Notes under the pieces: model-generated
The model's input: the letters and a program-made list of their open reading frames with translations, nothing else
The model's database searches: none
Told to the model about the DNA's origin: nothing
Translations under genes and position numbers: made by a program
In this document: positions 7,150 to 18,300 of the stretch, piece after piece
How positions within the stretch are numbered: the stretch's first letter is position 1
How the letters are laid out: each line of letters starts with the position of its first letter
Source: Candidatus Falkowbacteria bacterium
GTDB taxonomy: Bacteria; Patescibacteriota; Patescibacteriia; Patescibacteriales; GWE2-39-37
Assembly: GCA_013336275.1 (NCBI GenBank)
Contig: JAAXUA010000002.1
Coordinates: 193,904-252,171, forward strand
DNA length: 58,268 bases
Direction of reading: 5' to 3'

Positions 7150-8982
7150 ATGGTTAATATCAGAACAAAAAGAGTTTGGCATTTGATTCTGACTCAGGTC
7201 CTGGTGCTGAGCTTTTTGTTTTCTGGAGGACAGCCGACTCAGGCAGCCGGAGCCACCCTCCTTCTTTCGCCAAGCAAGGGCAGTTATAATGTCGGAGCGA
7301 CGTTTTCAGTCGGCGTTTATATCAATAGCGGCGGCTTAAGTATCAATGCGGCCGAAGCCACACTCGCTTTCGACAAGGACACTTTGAAAGTGAACACCAT
7401 CAGCCAGTCAGGCTCTATTTTTGAACTTTGGACCGCCAAACCTTCATATTCCAATACAAAGGGTACTATTAATTTTGGTGGCGGCGCCACCTCGCCGTAT
7501 AAAGGCAGTTCCGGTAAGGTTTTTTCAATCAGTTTCACCGCCTTGAAACAGGGCCAGGCCCAGGTCAGTTTTTCCGGGGGCATGATTACCGAATACGGAC
7601 CAGAGGGCAAGAATGTCTATGGCGGTGCTAACTCCGGCTCTTACACCATCGCCGAAAAGAAGCCCGAGGTCATAGATAAGCCGAAAGTTGTGCCAAGCGA
7701 CAGTACGGGCAATAGCACGACCAAGGATACGAACACCAAGCCCAAGCCGGCAAACGATAGCCAGACCGAAACCAGTTCTTCCAAGGGCTTGTTGCCACCG
7801 GCTCCGGAAATCACTTCAACCTCGCATCCCAACCAAGAGGATTGGTATCCGGTTGACAAGGTTGCCTTGGATTGGAAAATACTGCCTAGCATCACCGGCG
7901 CCAGCCTGCTGCTCACCGAAAGTCCGAGCTCAACTCTGGCCAATACATCTGATGGCGTAATCCAGACCAAGACCTATGAAAAACTGGCCGACGGCAAGCA
8001 TTATTTCCATATCAAGCTGCAGAATAGCGTCGGCTGGGGCCCGACAGCCCATCGCAAGATCTTGGTCGACAAGACGCCGCCCACCACTCCGCGATTGGAG
8101 ATTGACAACGGCGGAGACGCGACCAACCCGAGCGTACTCTTGCGCGTATCGTCGAATGATATCACTTCCGGCCTGAGCAAGTATAAGTTGGGATTCAATA
8201 ACACTGACAAGGACCTAGAGCCGCGCGACTATATCCTTTCGCCGTATCAGATGGAGAAGCTTCTCCCTGGCCGCTATACGGCATCGGTCAATTCTTATGA
8301 CAAGGCCGGCAACATGGCCACCTCTTCCATCACTTTCGTAGTCGAGCCGCTCAAGGCGCCGATGATAACGGACATGCCGAAAGAAATAAAGACTCGGGAC
8401 GACCTGATAGTCCGCGGCGCTTCATTCTACCCTAATTCGACTATCAGCGTCTTTATCAGCAGCAATGGGGGCGATCCTGTAAAGAATGACATCAAAGCCG
8501 ATGAGAATGGTGATTGGAATTATTTCCACTCCGGCAAGCTGGCCAAAGGCAATTATGAAGTCTGGGCCAAAGTCACGGATGATCGTGGTGCGGAGAGCCT
8601 TAACGGCTCGAAGCAGCCGCTCTCCGTTGTCGCCGTGGATTATATTACCGCCTACGGCTTGTATATCATCATCTTGCTGGCTTTCCTGATCATCTTGCTG
8701 GTTCTATACATCATCATCCTGAAGAAGAATTTCCGAGCAGAGAAAGCCAAGATCTTGGACGAAACTTTGGAGGCGCAGAAAAAGGTCAATGACATTTTCT
8801 TGGCCTTGCAAGAAGAAGTGGATGAGCTGATCATCTATGCCGATAAAAAGGCTGGTTTGTCTGAGTCGGAGCGGAGAATCAAGGAAAAAATCAAGGAGGC
8901 CTTAGATATTTCAGAAGAATTCCTTAATAAGGAAATCGAAGACATCGAAAAAGAAATTATCGTCTCCAAAAAGAAAAAATAG
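7150..8982 (+). CDS. Cohesin-domain surface protein with Ig-like domains, C-terminal TM and cytoplasmic coiled coil
   Basis: LLLSPSKGSYNVGATFSVGVYINSGG..INAAEATLAFD...WTAKPSYSN..GTINFGGG cohesin pattern; TM GLYIIILLAFLIILLVLYIIIL; paralog of 33676-35469. Confidence 0.85.
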   Translation: MVNIRTKRVWHLILTQVLVLSFLFSGGQPTQAAGATLLLSPSKGSYNVGATFSVGVYINSGGLSINAAEATLAFDKDTLKVNTISQSGSIFELWTAKPSYSNTKGTINFGGGATSPYKGSSGKVFSISFTALKQGQAQVSFSGGMITEYGPEGKNVYGGANSGSYTIAEKKPEVIDKPKVVPSDSTGNSTTKDTNTKPKPANDSQTETSSSKGLLPPAPEITSTSHPNQEDWYPVDKVALDWKILPSITGASLLLTESPSSTLANTSDGVIQTKTYEKLADGKHYFHIKLQNSVGWGPTAHRKILVDKTPPTTPRLEIDNGGDATNPSVLLRVSSNDITSGLSKYKLGFNNTDKDLEPRDYILSPYQMEKLLPGRYTASVNSYDKAGNMATSSITFVVEPLKAPMITDMPKEIKTRDDLIVRGASFYPNSTISVFISSNGGDPVKNDIKADENGDWNYFHSGKLAKGNYEVWAKVTDDRGAESLNGSKQPLSVVAVDYITAYGLYIIILLAFLIILLVLYIIILKKNFRAEKAKILDETLEAQKKVNDIFLALQEEVDELIIYADKKAGLSESERRIKEKIKEALDISEEFLNKEIEDIEKEIIVSKKKK

Positions 8983-9014
8983 CAGAATTGTTATCCACAA
9001 GCAGATAGTTTTTC

Positions 9015-9047
9015 AAGCGACCGGCCCAAGCCGGTCGCTTTTTATTT
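9015..9047 (+). terminator. Rho-independent terminator
   Basis: AAGCGACCGGC-ccaa-GCCGGTCGCTT followed by TTTATTT. Confidence 0.85.
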
Positions 9048-9179
9048 GAGCTGCGATTTAGTTTTTGTTTGGTTTCTATTTGCGGATGGGTGCATAGTTA
9101 TTTATTCGTATAAATATTTGGCTAATAAAAGTGTTTTTATCGCATGCTCTCATGCCAAGTCTGACGGAGCCGAACGGCT

Positions 9180-9241
9180 CTCTATCCGTTGAAATACTCA
9201 ACCGATAGAGCTTGAGCCGACGGGCCAAAATCTGGTATAAT
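9180..9241 (+). promoter_or_regulatory. Promoter of the giant adhesin gene with an adjacent upstream inverted repeat
   Basis: TTGAGC(9212)-N18-TATAAT(9236) with TG extension; inverted repeat CTCTATCCGTTGA-aatac-TCAACCGATAGAG at 9180-9210. Confidence 0.5.
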
Positions 9242-9322
9242 ATGTATGCTGGGCAAAGTGTATGCAACTAATTTTTAAATGTAAAAACCAGCACAAAACA
9301 TAGTTTCCAACGCCATTTTCCT

Positions 9323-12300
9323 ATGCTTGTCACGTTCGAAAAAAACAAAAACCTATTGTTTAGGATTTTAGTTGTATTTGTATTAATATCAGCTTCTTTT
9401 TGCTTGTTTCAAGTTGCTTCCAGACCTGCCGAGGCTCAAAACCAAACCGGCCAAACCAGCAGGTTGAATATTTTTCCTGGTTCGTTCGATCCCGTCGATG
9501 ATCAGTCGGGGCTCGCTTGGAAAAAGATCGGCAATGCTTTCGTCAACGATCTTTCAGAGAATGCCGATTTGGGCGAGTATAATCAGGACAACTCGGCCTT
9601 GATTATGAGCTCGATGACCGGGTTAGGAAGTTCAGTCGACACGCCGGTGCCCACCTCGAGCGCACCCGTTGAATCGGCCGAACCTCAGGAGGTTCCGAGT
9701 GCGGAGCCCGAGGCTGCGCCAGATGGAGGCCAACAGCCTGCATCAGAAACCGAGGCCCCTTCATTGGAAAAAGAGAAGACAGGGGAAGAAATATCGGAAC
9801 CGGAAGCGGCGTTGCCGACTGAACAGGTCGAATCCGCGGTTGAGCCACCCGCATCGGCCGAACCATTATCCCGCCTGATCAAGGGTTTCTTCGGCAGTTT
9901 GCTTCCCGATTTTTTCAGCGGCTTAGAGGATGCCGGAGTCAGTGTTACGGCCCTGGCTGCTAATTTTTCCAAACTCGATACTGCAAGCGCCCAAGATGTG
10001 GAAGAGGTGACAGTTCCGGGTGTGGCCGCAACCTCTACGCCTGATGCGACTCCTCCAGCGATGGCGTACGCAGCGCACGACATGATTCTCAAAGATTTCA
10101 GCCTTCCGGACGGCTTCAGTTCGAGCACGATCGCCAATGTCCAACTGCGGCTTTCGTTGGCTGCCCAAAGCAGCGTGGAAGAGGACAGGTTGAAGATTTA
10201 TTATACGCTTGATGAAAACTGGGAGGAGATGGGCCTTCTTGACCTTGGAGACCAGCTGTCGAATCAGAGCAATAACGGCTATTTCCTATTCGGACTGCCA
10301 ATTTTCGAGTCTTGGGAAAAGCTTGGAAAGCTGCGTATCAAGGTCAGTTATCTCGAAGCCCGCACCGGGGATGAGCAGCGTACGGTCGAGGCCTTCATTG
10401 ATGGTGCTTGGCTCGAAGTCGATTATGACGGCACGGATAAAGCGTCGATCAAGAGCGACCCTGGCCAAGATGATGAAGCGGCAGCCAAGAATAGCGATGA
10501 ATTCACCTTGGACCTGATTTCGGGAAAAGATAATTTCAAAACAGCCGACAATCCGGAATTCAATTTCCTATATCAGCGCAAGCAGGGCTTTATCGGCAAA
10601 ACCATCTCCGAAGTCCTGGGAACTTTTTGGGACCAATATGGCGGGATCGAGATCGAGGCTGCAATAATCGATGCCGGCGGAAAACGGACCCCTGTAGAAA
10701 CGAGCCTCGACTATCTGGCAGACGGAGAATTCAGGATCAGGCTCAAAAATCAGATGCGTTATGTCCGGCCCGGAAAGTATTCAATCGAATTGAAAATCAG
10801 TGATGGCGACAAGTCATACGTCCAAACGCAGGATTTCAGCTGGGGCGTCTTGGCGATAAATGCCAGCAAGTCCGTTTATGTTCCTGGTGAAACGGCTTTC
10901 CTGCAGATGGCAGCTTTGGATGACTTCGGCAACACCATCTGCGATGCCGACCTGTTCTTGGAAGTTACGGCGCCTGACGGCGGCGTCGCTTATCTCAATA
11001 CCGGAAACGACCTAGTGGTGCGCAACAGCGCCTGCGGGCCGAATAACGTAATCGATACCCCTGATTACTTCGCTCACTACGGCGTAGGTGGGGCAGGAGT
11101 TTATCAGTTAAAGCTGATCGCCCGCACGCCTAACGGCAACAAGGAAATCACCGACTCTTTCGAAGTGCGTGATGCTGTGCCGTTCGATGTCGAGCGCGTC
11201 GGCCCGACCAGAATATACCCCTTGGCCGACTACAAGATGCGGATCAATATCCGGGCGAACGAGGATTATGCCGGAGACATTTCCGAAGTCGTGCCCGGAC
11301 CATTCAAGATAGTCTCCCAAGAACTCCTGCTTAACGGCTCACCGCTTGGGCAGGGCGGCAGGCTGGATGTGACGAACGATGGCCACGACGGCAGCGTCAT
11401 GACCTGGCGCAACATCAGATTGAAACAATACGACTCGTTATCGATAGTCTATGAGTTCGACGCTCCTGACATTTCTCCTGAATTTTATCTCTTGGGTCCA
11501 TTGTCCATTGGTAATTTCACCGAGGCCCGCAAGTGGCAGATCGCCTCAGATGCGGTTTCGGTCGTTCTGGCGACCGCCGGCTCCGGCGTTAACTGGACCA
11601 ATGCTGCCAATGCTTGGAATGGCACGAACAACACCTATGCCTCCAGGGACATACCGCAGGGCGGCGCCAATGACTCGGCTAACTATTTGAAGGCAACAGC
11701 TAATAGTGCCACCGACTTGGGCGGCACCATCACGCAGGTCGAGATCGGCGTCGAAGGGTACGTCGAGCGAACTACGGTCAGCGCCTGGCTCCGTCCATTG
11801 TTGAATGGCACAGCTACGGGTACGCCGCAACAGATTCCCGGAACAACCCTGACAACCGCTGACACTGGTGCGACTTTTTATGTCGATATCACAAGCGCCA
11901 GCTCTTCTTGGACCTGGGCAAATATCCAGAATTTGGACGTATTGGTCCATGGCAGCAGCAGCGCGGCGCAGAATCGATTTCTGTATATCGACCAGATCAG
12001 TATCAGGGTGACCTATACGCCGCCGAATTCAGTACCGACCGGACTAATCAATAGCGCGATACAAAAGACCGACGGCTCTGGCAAGGTCGATTTCGCATTC
12101 AATGTCAGCGATGCCGATGGTGACACCTCCAAAGCCAAGATAGAATACGTCGCCGGCTCGAACTGCGATTTCGCTTCGCCGGGCGACCCGACGATAGATG
12201 CCGCGACGACGGCCACTTTCGGTGCGCCTGTAGTCGATAATTCTTCGGCCTATCAGGTCGGTACGACTACTGGCTGGATATTGACGGCCTCCGGCACCAA

Positions 12301-15300
12301 TACCGTCAATGTCGACTGGAACTCGAAAACCGACATTCCTACAGGAGATGGCGTTTATTGTATGCGGCTGACGGCCAATGACAAGTCGGATGACCAGACA
12401 TCGCCAGCGACCACCACTGTCACGATTGATAATATGGCGCCGACCGCGCCAGGGCAATTGGCCGCTACTACGAGTCCGGCGGGAAATGGGGCGCTCTTGT
12501 CCTTCGGCGCCACCTCGACCGATAGCAACTTCAGCGAGTATAAGATCTATTATAAAGTCGGGTCGTCGGGTGTCACGGAAAACGATCAGGTCTTTGACAA
12601 GGACCTTGATGGCGACTTGGATTACGCGAATTACAACAGCGCCACCTCGACCACCATCGATGACCTTGCGCCTTTGACGACTTATGTTTTTTCCATCTGG
12701 GCTTATGACCAATATGGCAACAAGTCAAGCTCGAGCGAGGTCACGCTGACTACCGGCAAGGCTGCACCGTTGCGAGCCAATTCGGTGATCTTTTTGGCCG
12801 GACAATATTCCTCTAGCGACGGCGCGACCGGCCAACAATCAGACACTGACCAGACGCTTCCGGCTTTCGACTTCAAGCTGGCCGAGACAGGAGCCAAGAT
12901 CAAGAACGCCTATCTGGTTTTCGAGGGCCACTTCGAGTCATATGCCAACAATGCCGGCAGTTACACCAGCCATAAGCTGGCCTTCGACGCTTGCCAGCAG
13001 CCTTGCACGGCCAATGCCTTTACGGGCACCGGCAACATTTCCTTGACCGATAGCACGGTCCTGGCTTACGACGAAACCGGCAGCAACCAGGTTCGGTTGG
13101 TTTTGGACGTGACGAACGAAGCCCAGCTGGCCGCTTATTCTGGTAATGGCTCTCTCCTGTCAGGACAGGTCGGCTATAGCATCAATAGGGGCACGGCAAT
13201 AAATTCGATTTCAGCTGCCAAGGCGACCTTGGCAGTCACTTACCAATATGACGAAGACGATACCGATAGCTACACTAATACCGTAGTTTATCCTCTCGAA
13301 TCGACAGTGGCCGGTGATCAGGGTACGCGTCGGGCCGTTCAGGCGGATGACTGCACGGTCGATAGCACTTGCCCGATTTTCGCTTATAACATGGATATTC
13401 CAGAGTTCGGCGAAAAGCTTTCCCAATGGTTCCAAACTTATAATCAGAATGATGGCAACAGTACGGCTGACATGAACTCCAATGTGAATATCCAGGGCAC
13501 TAATTTCGACAGCAATACTTATGTCCACGAGTCGGCCCTGGGCGGCACTCAGGGCGGATCGCCAGTGATCTATTTTTATGATGTCAACGGATATGCCGAG
13601 AGTACTGCTCAACAGCTTGAGTATCACGCCACCAGTCCTGGAGCTACGCTGACCTATTATCTTTTGGGCGGGGAAGTCGTCGAGACGTATGTGGCATCGA
13701 CCTCGGCGGCTACTAAAACCCGTACCGCCGTCATACCAGTAGGTGTCGTCAACAACGGTTTGACAACGACCAAGACGGGAGCTACATCTACTATGTATTT
13801 CCCTGAGAACGGCCAATCGACTGGCGTGGTTTCTATCAAGAAGGCCTGGTTCAGGATCATTACTAATAATTACAACACTGCAGCCAATACGGTCACCGTC
13901 TCGACCAAGGTCGGTACCCGGGCTGAAACAGCCGGCTCGGTTTATAATTACAATCAGGCCGGAACTTCGATCAAGCCGTCATTCAACATCATTCACGTCA
14001 TACCGTCGGCCGATTACGCTGAGCTGCAATCTGCCAATGCCACGACACCCAAGGCGGTTTCCGTCTATACGCAGAACAGCATCGGCACATCGCACGGCGG
14101 CACTTCTGTTGAATTGGTCATCACTTATAGTTATACGACCGAGGTATTCGGGCACCTGTCTTCACTTTCGCTTACGGCCGGGCAGACCAATGTCAACGGC
14201 AATAGCCAGAACGCCACGACCTCGGTCGCCCGCTTTTTCGCTCCCGAGGCGCCGAATTCCAAAACCCTTATTTCGGGAGGCTTGTTGGCGAGCTACCTGC
14301 TTTCCGCCAGCAACGGCACCATGCCTGGCGCCGGTCTGACTATTGATGCCAACATTTCTACTGGTACGCCGACCTGTACTAATGCCTACAACTCCCGACC
14401 GGACTCGGTCAACGCCTTCACTGAGTTTTATAAAGACGTGACTTCACGCCTGTCGGTCACTAATAATCAGCGGTATATCGCCTGCTATTCCAACGATGGC
14501 GGAGCGAATGCCACGGCTGGCGGCAAGATGAACGGCATACTTCGCTACGTCTATCGTTATGACGCTCCGCCGGTCCAATATCGGCAAGGGGATTGGCGCT
14601 GGTATGACAATGCCAATAGCTTGGCCCCTGGACCGGCCCGGGGTGGCGAAAAGGCAACTACCACCGGCGTGAATCTCTCCGATGTCGTGCGCTTGCGTCT
14701 CAATGTCGGATCGCTGGCGGAGACGGCAGTGACCTCGAGCCAATCTTTCAGGCTGCAGTATGGCCTAGGGTCGAATTGCTCAGCTATCGTCAGCTGGTCT
14801 GATGTCGGAACAACGACCAGCGCCTCACCTTGGAGAAGCTATAATAATACGAACGTAGCTGACGGGTCTTCGACTGCCAGCGCCTTGCTTTCGACTTCGA
14901 ATAAGTTCGAAACCTATGAAGAGGACAACCCCACAAGCCTTAATCCGCAAGGCTTGGACGAAGGGGAATATGGCGAGTGGGATTGGGTCTTGTATAATAA
15001 TTCGGCCACATCTTCATCGGACTATTGTTTCCGCATGACCAAGAGCGACGGAACGATCTTGACCGATTACGGCAGCTATCCGGTGCTGACTACGGCTGCC
15101 AGCAATACCGCGCCTAATCTGCCTGACAACCTGATCCAATATCTTGGAGCGGCCGGCACGACGACGATAGCCAATCAGGCCTGGATCAACCAGACAACGA
15201 TCAGGCTGCTATCCGACGCCACCGACGTGAATATAAACGAATCCATAGGTCTTTATTATGAATTGATTACTGACGGCACCGCCTTCCGGTCGTCGACGGT

Positions 15301-18300
15301 CAGGCCGACCAGCACCTGCGCCTATGGCACGACCTTCGCTGCCTGCGCTTCCAAGGTCTGGGCCGCCACCTCGACGCTGGGCGACTATCGCTATTCCGCT
15401 TTTGTGGCGACGACCAGCATTACGGCATTGCCTCAGGATTATAACGGGTACAAGTGGCAAGTCATCGCTTGCGACGACAGCGCCGCCTGTTCGCTTTGGA
15501 ATAAATACGGTCCGAACCCCAATTTCAGAATCGACCTGACCGCGCCGACCGCCCCGGGCAGCTTGACGCTCAACAGCCGCAGCGTAACGAGCATCACATT
15601 GAATTTTGGAGCCTCAACCACTGAGGCGAATTTCGATCGATACCGCATCTACTACAAGAAGGCGACGACCACGGTCAGTGAGTCGGACACCCAGCATTCG
15701 GATTCGGATCTCGATTACATAAATTACAACGGCACGGCTACTACGACCGTGACTTCACTGACGGCCGGTTCGACCTATGTCTTCAATATCTGGGCCTACG
15801 ACCTAGCGGGCAACAAGACAAGTTCGACCCAGGTGCTTGTCGCTTCAACCACCAGCTCTTTCACTCCGCCGTCGGGTAGCATCATCACTACGGCTCAGAA
15901 GACTGACGGGTCAGGCGCGATAGATTTCACCATTTCTGCGCAAGACCCGGATAATGACGACACGTTGCGGGCCAAGATCGATTATGTGGCCGGAGTCGGT
16001 TGCGACTTTTCTTCTCCTAGCAAAGCGACCATTGATACGGCCGATGCCAATACTACCGCTACCTATGGCGACCCTAAGGTCGACCAGGCAGCGACTTACC
16101 AGGTCGGTACTACCTCCGGTTGGATAGTGACTTCGTTAGGAAACAATTTCGTACTGTTCGATTGGCTGTCAAAGAGCGATATTCCCAACATCAACGCCAC
16201 CTATTGCGTTCGTTTGACAATCAATGACGGCTTGTTCGACCAAGCCACCTCCTCAACCAAGCTGATATTGATCGATAATATAGACCCGGCCAATCCAGGC
16301 AATCTATCCCAAATCAGCAAGAACCATAATTCGGTCAGGCTTGGCTTCGGCGCCCCGAGCTCCGACACCAATTTTTACCGGTACCGCCTTTTTTACTCGA
16401 CGTCCTCTCCCGTAACCGAAGCCGGAAGCGAGCAAGCCGACGGCAATCTTAATAACGTCGGGTATAACGGCGCGACTACAACCCTGGTTACCGGTTTGTT
16501 GCCCGACACCCAATACTACTTCAAGATCTGGGCGTATGATGATTATGGCAACAAGGCCAGTTCGTCCCAGTTGGCCATCAGGACGAATGCTTACCCTTAC
16601 AGCCTGGCAGTCGGCGGCCAAACTCAGAGCAATAATAGCGCGATTGCCAACGGCGCTTGGACGCCGGAAAACCAAATCAAGCTTTTCGGCTCAGCCAAGG
16701 ATCCTGACACTTCCGAGGTGCTGACGCTTTATTTCGAATTTCTGCCCAATGCCAGCTCATTCAAGACGGCAACTACGGTCCCGGTAGGCGCTTGCGCATA
16801 TGGCACGGCATATAATTCCTGCGCTTCCAAGATCTGGTTCGTGTCATCAAGCTCGCCGGCTGATTATTCAGTCAACCCTTTCAGTGCCACGACCAGCATT
16901 ACCGGCATTCCGGATAGCGTTAGCGGCTATAAGTGGCAAGTCCTAGCTTGCGATGATGACGGCAGCTGTACTAGTTGGCAAATTTTTAATGCGGTAACTC
17001 CGAACGTCAAGGTCGACACGACCCCGCCTACGGCCCCTGGTGCCCTGACATTCAACTCTAAGACCAGTACCGAAGTGACATTGGCGTTCGGCTCCTCTAC
17101 ATCCGAGACTAATTTCAGCCAGTACAGGATTTTCTATTCGACCTCGACGCCGGTTACGGCAACATCGAGCGAACAGACGGATGCCAACCTCGACTTCATT
17201 AATTATAATGGCGCGACTCTGACTACGGTTCCGAACCTGTCGCCGAACACCCAATATTATTTCAATATCTGGGCTTATGATTTGGCCGGCCTTTATGCCA
17301 CCTCGACCGAAGTGGCAGTCACGACCAATCCGACGGTTTCAACCCCGGGCGTCTATTTCTACACCAAAAATACACGAGTTTTATTCTACAGGGTCTGGAG
17401 CGGCATCTCCTGGGGAGCGGAACAGTCTGGCCCGACTTTGGGCAGCGCCGCCGGAGACAACATCCGCCATATCGATTCGATCCGTTCGGATGACGGCGGC
17501 AAAGTGGCAGTCTTGGTCAAGACTTGGGACGGCACTAACCAGGAGTGGTGGGGCACGGTCTATCGGGTGGCCGCCAATAATTTTGCCACCTCCTCCATCC
17601 TTGGAGCCGCTCAGAACAACGCTACAACCAACAATCTGATTACTGGGTGCATGGGGAGCTTGTCTAGCGGAGAGTTCTTCGTGGTCAGGAACAACAATGC
17701 CGCTAACGGCACTTTGGTTTATTCCTGGTCGGCGACGGGCGGCTGGGTAGCGGAAGGCGCCGGCCCGAATCCGGTAGCGGTCCTGACCGGCTGTCAGCTG
17801 ACCAGAAGGCCCAGCTCTGACAATTACCTCCTGACGACTTTCGATAACGCGGTCGATCTCGGCAGCGCTTATTATACCGGAACCTCGACCTATTCCAACT
17901 CTTGGACGACCTGGAACGAACATTCGACCAACGAGAATAATGTCAACAATTTCGTCGGCGAAAGCTTCTTCGATCCGGGAGATAATACGCGCGGCGCCAT
18001 CAATTACTCGAATAGCGCCGTCAACACCTATACCAATGCTAAGAATTTCCTGGCAGACGGCTCGAGCATCTCTTACGGATCCGCATCGACCAGTCCGCAA
18101 ACTGCGCCAGACAATTGGGGTGGCGCCTTTGTCCAGGGTAAATTTTCGGCCGACTTCGGCAGCATCGGCTTGGCTTATTTCGCCGGCCGTGATGCGAGCG
18201 ACCAGCTGAACGTTTATAAGGTGGATATTACTAATGGCACGCCTGATTGGTCGACGGTCACCAATGGAGACAATATTTCCACCAGTACGCTATACAATGA

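Noticed and set aside
8991-8999. Perfect DnaA box TTATCCACA as a replication origin
   Set aside because: It is a single intergenic box (another copy at 27061 is inside a CDS), with no box cluster and no dnaA/dnaN nearby.
9076-9267. 63-aa minus-strand ORF
   Set aside because: It overlaps the predicted promoter and inverted repeat of the giant gene and has no protein-like features.
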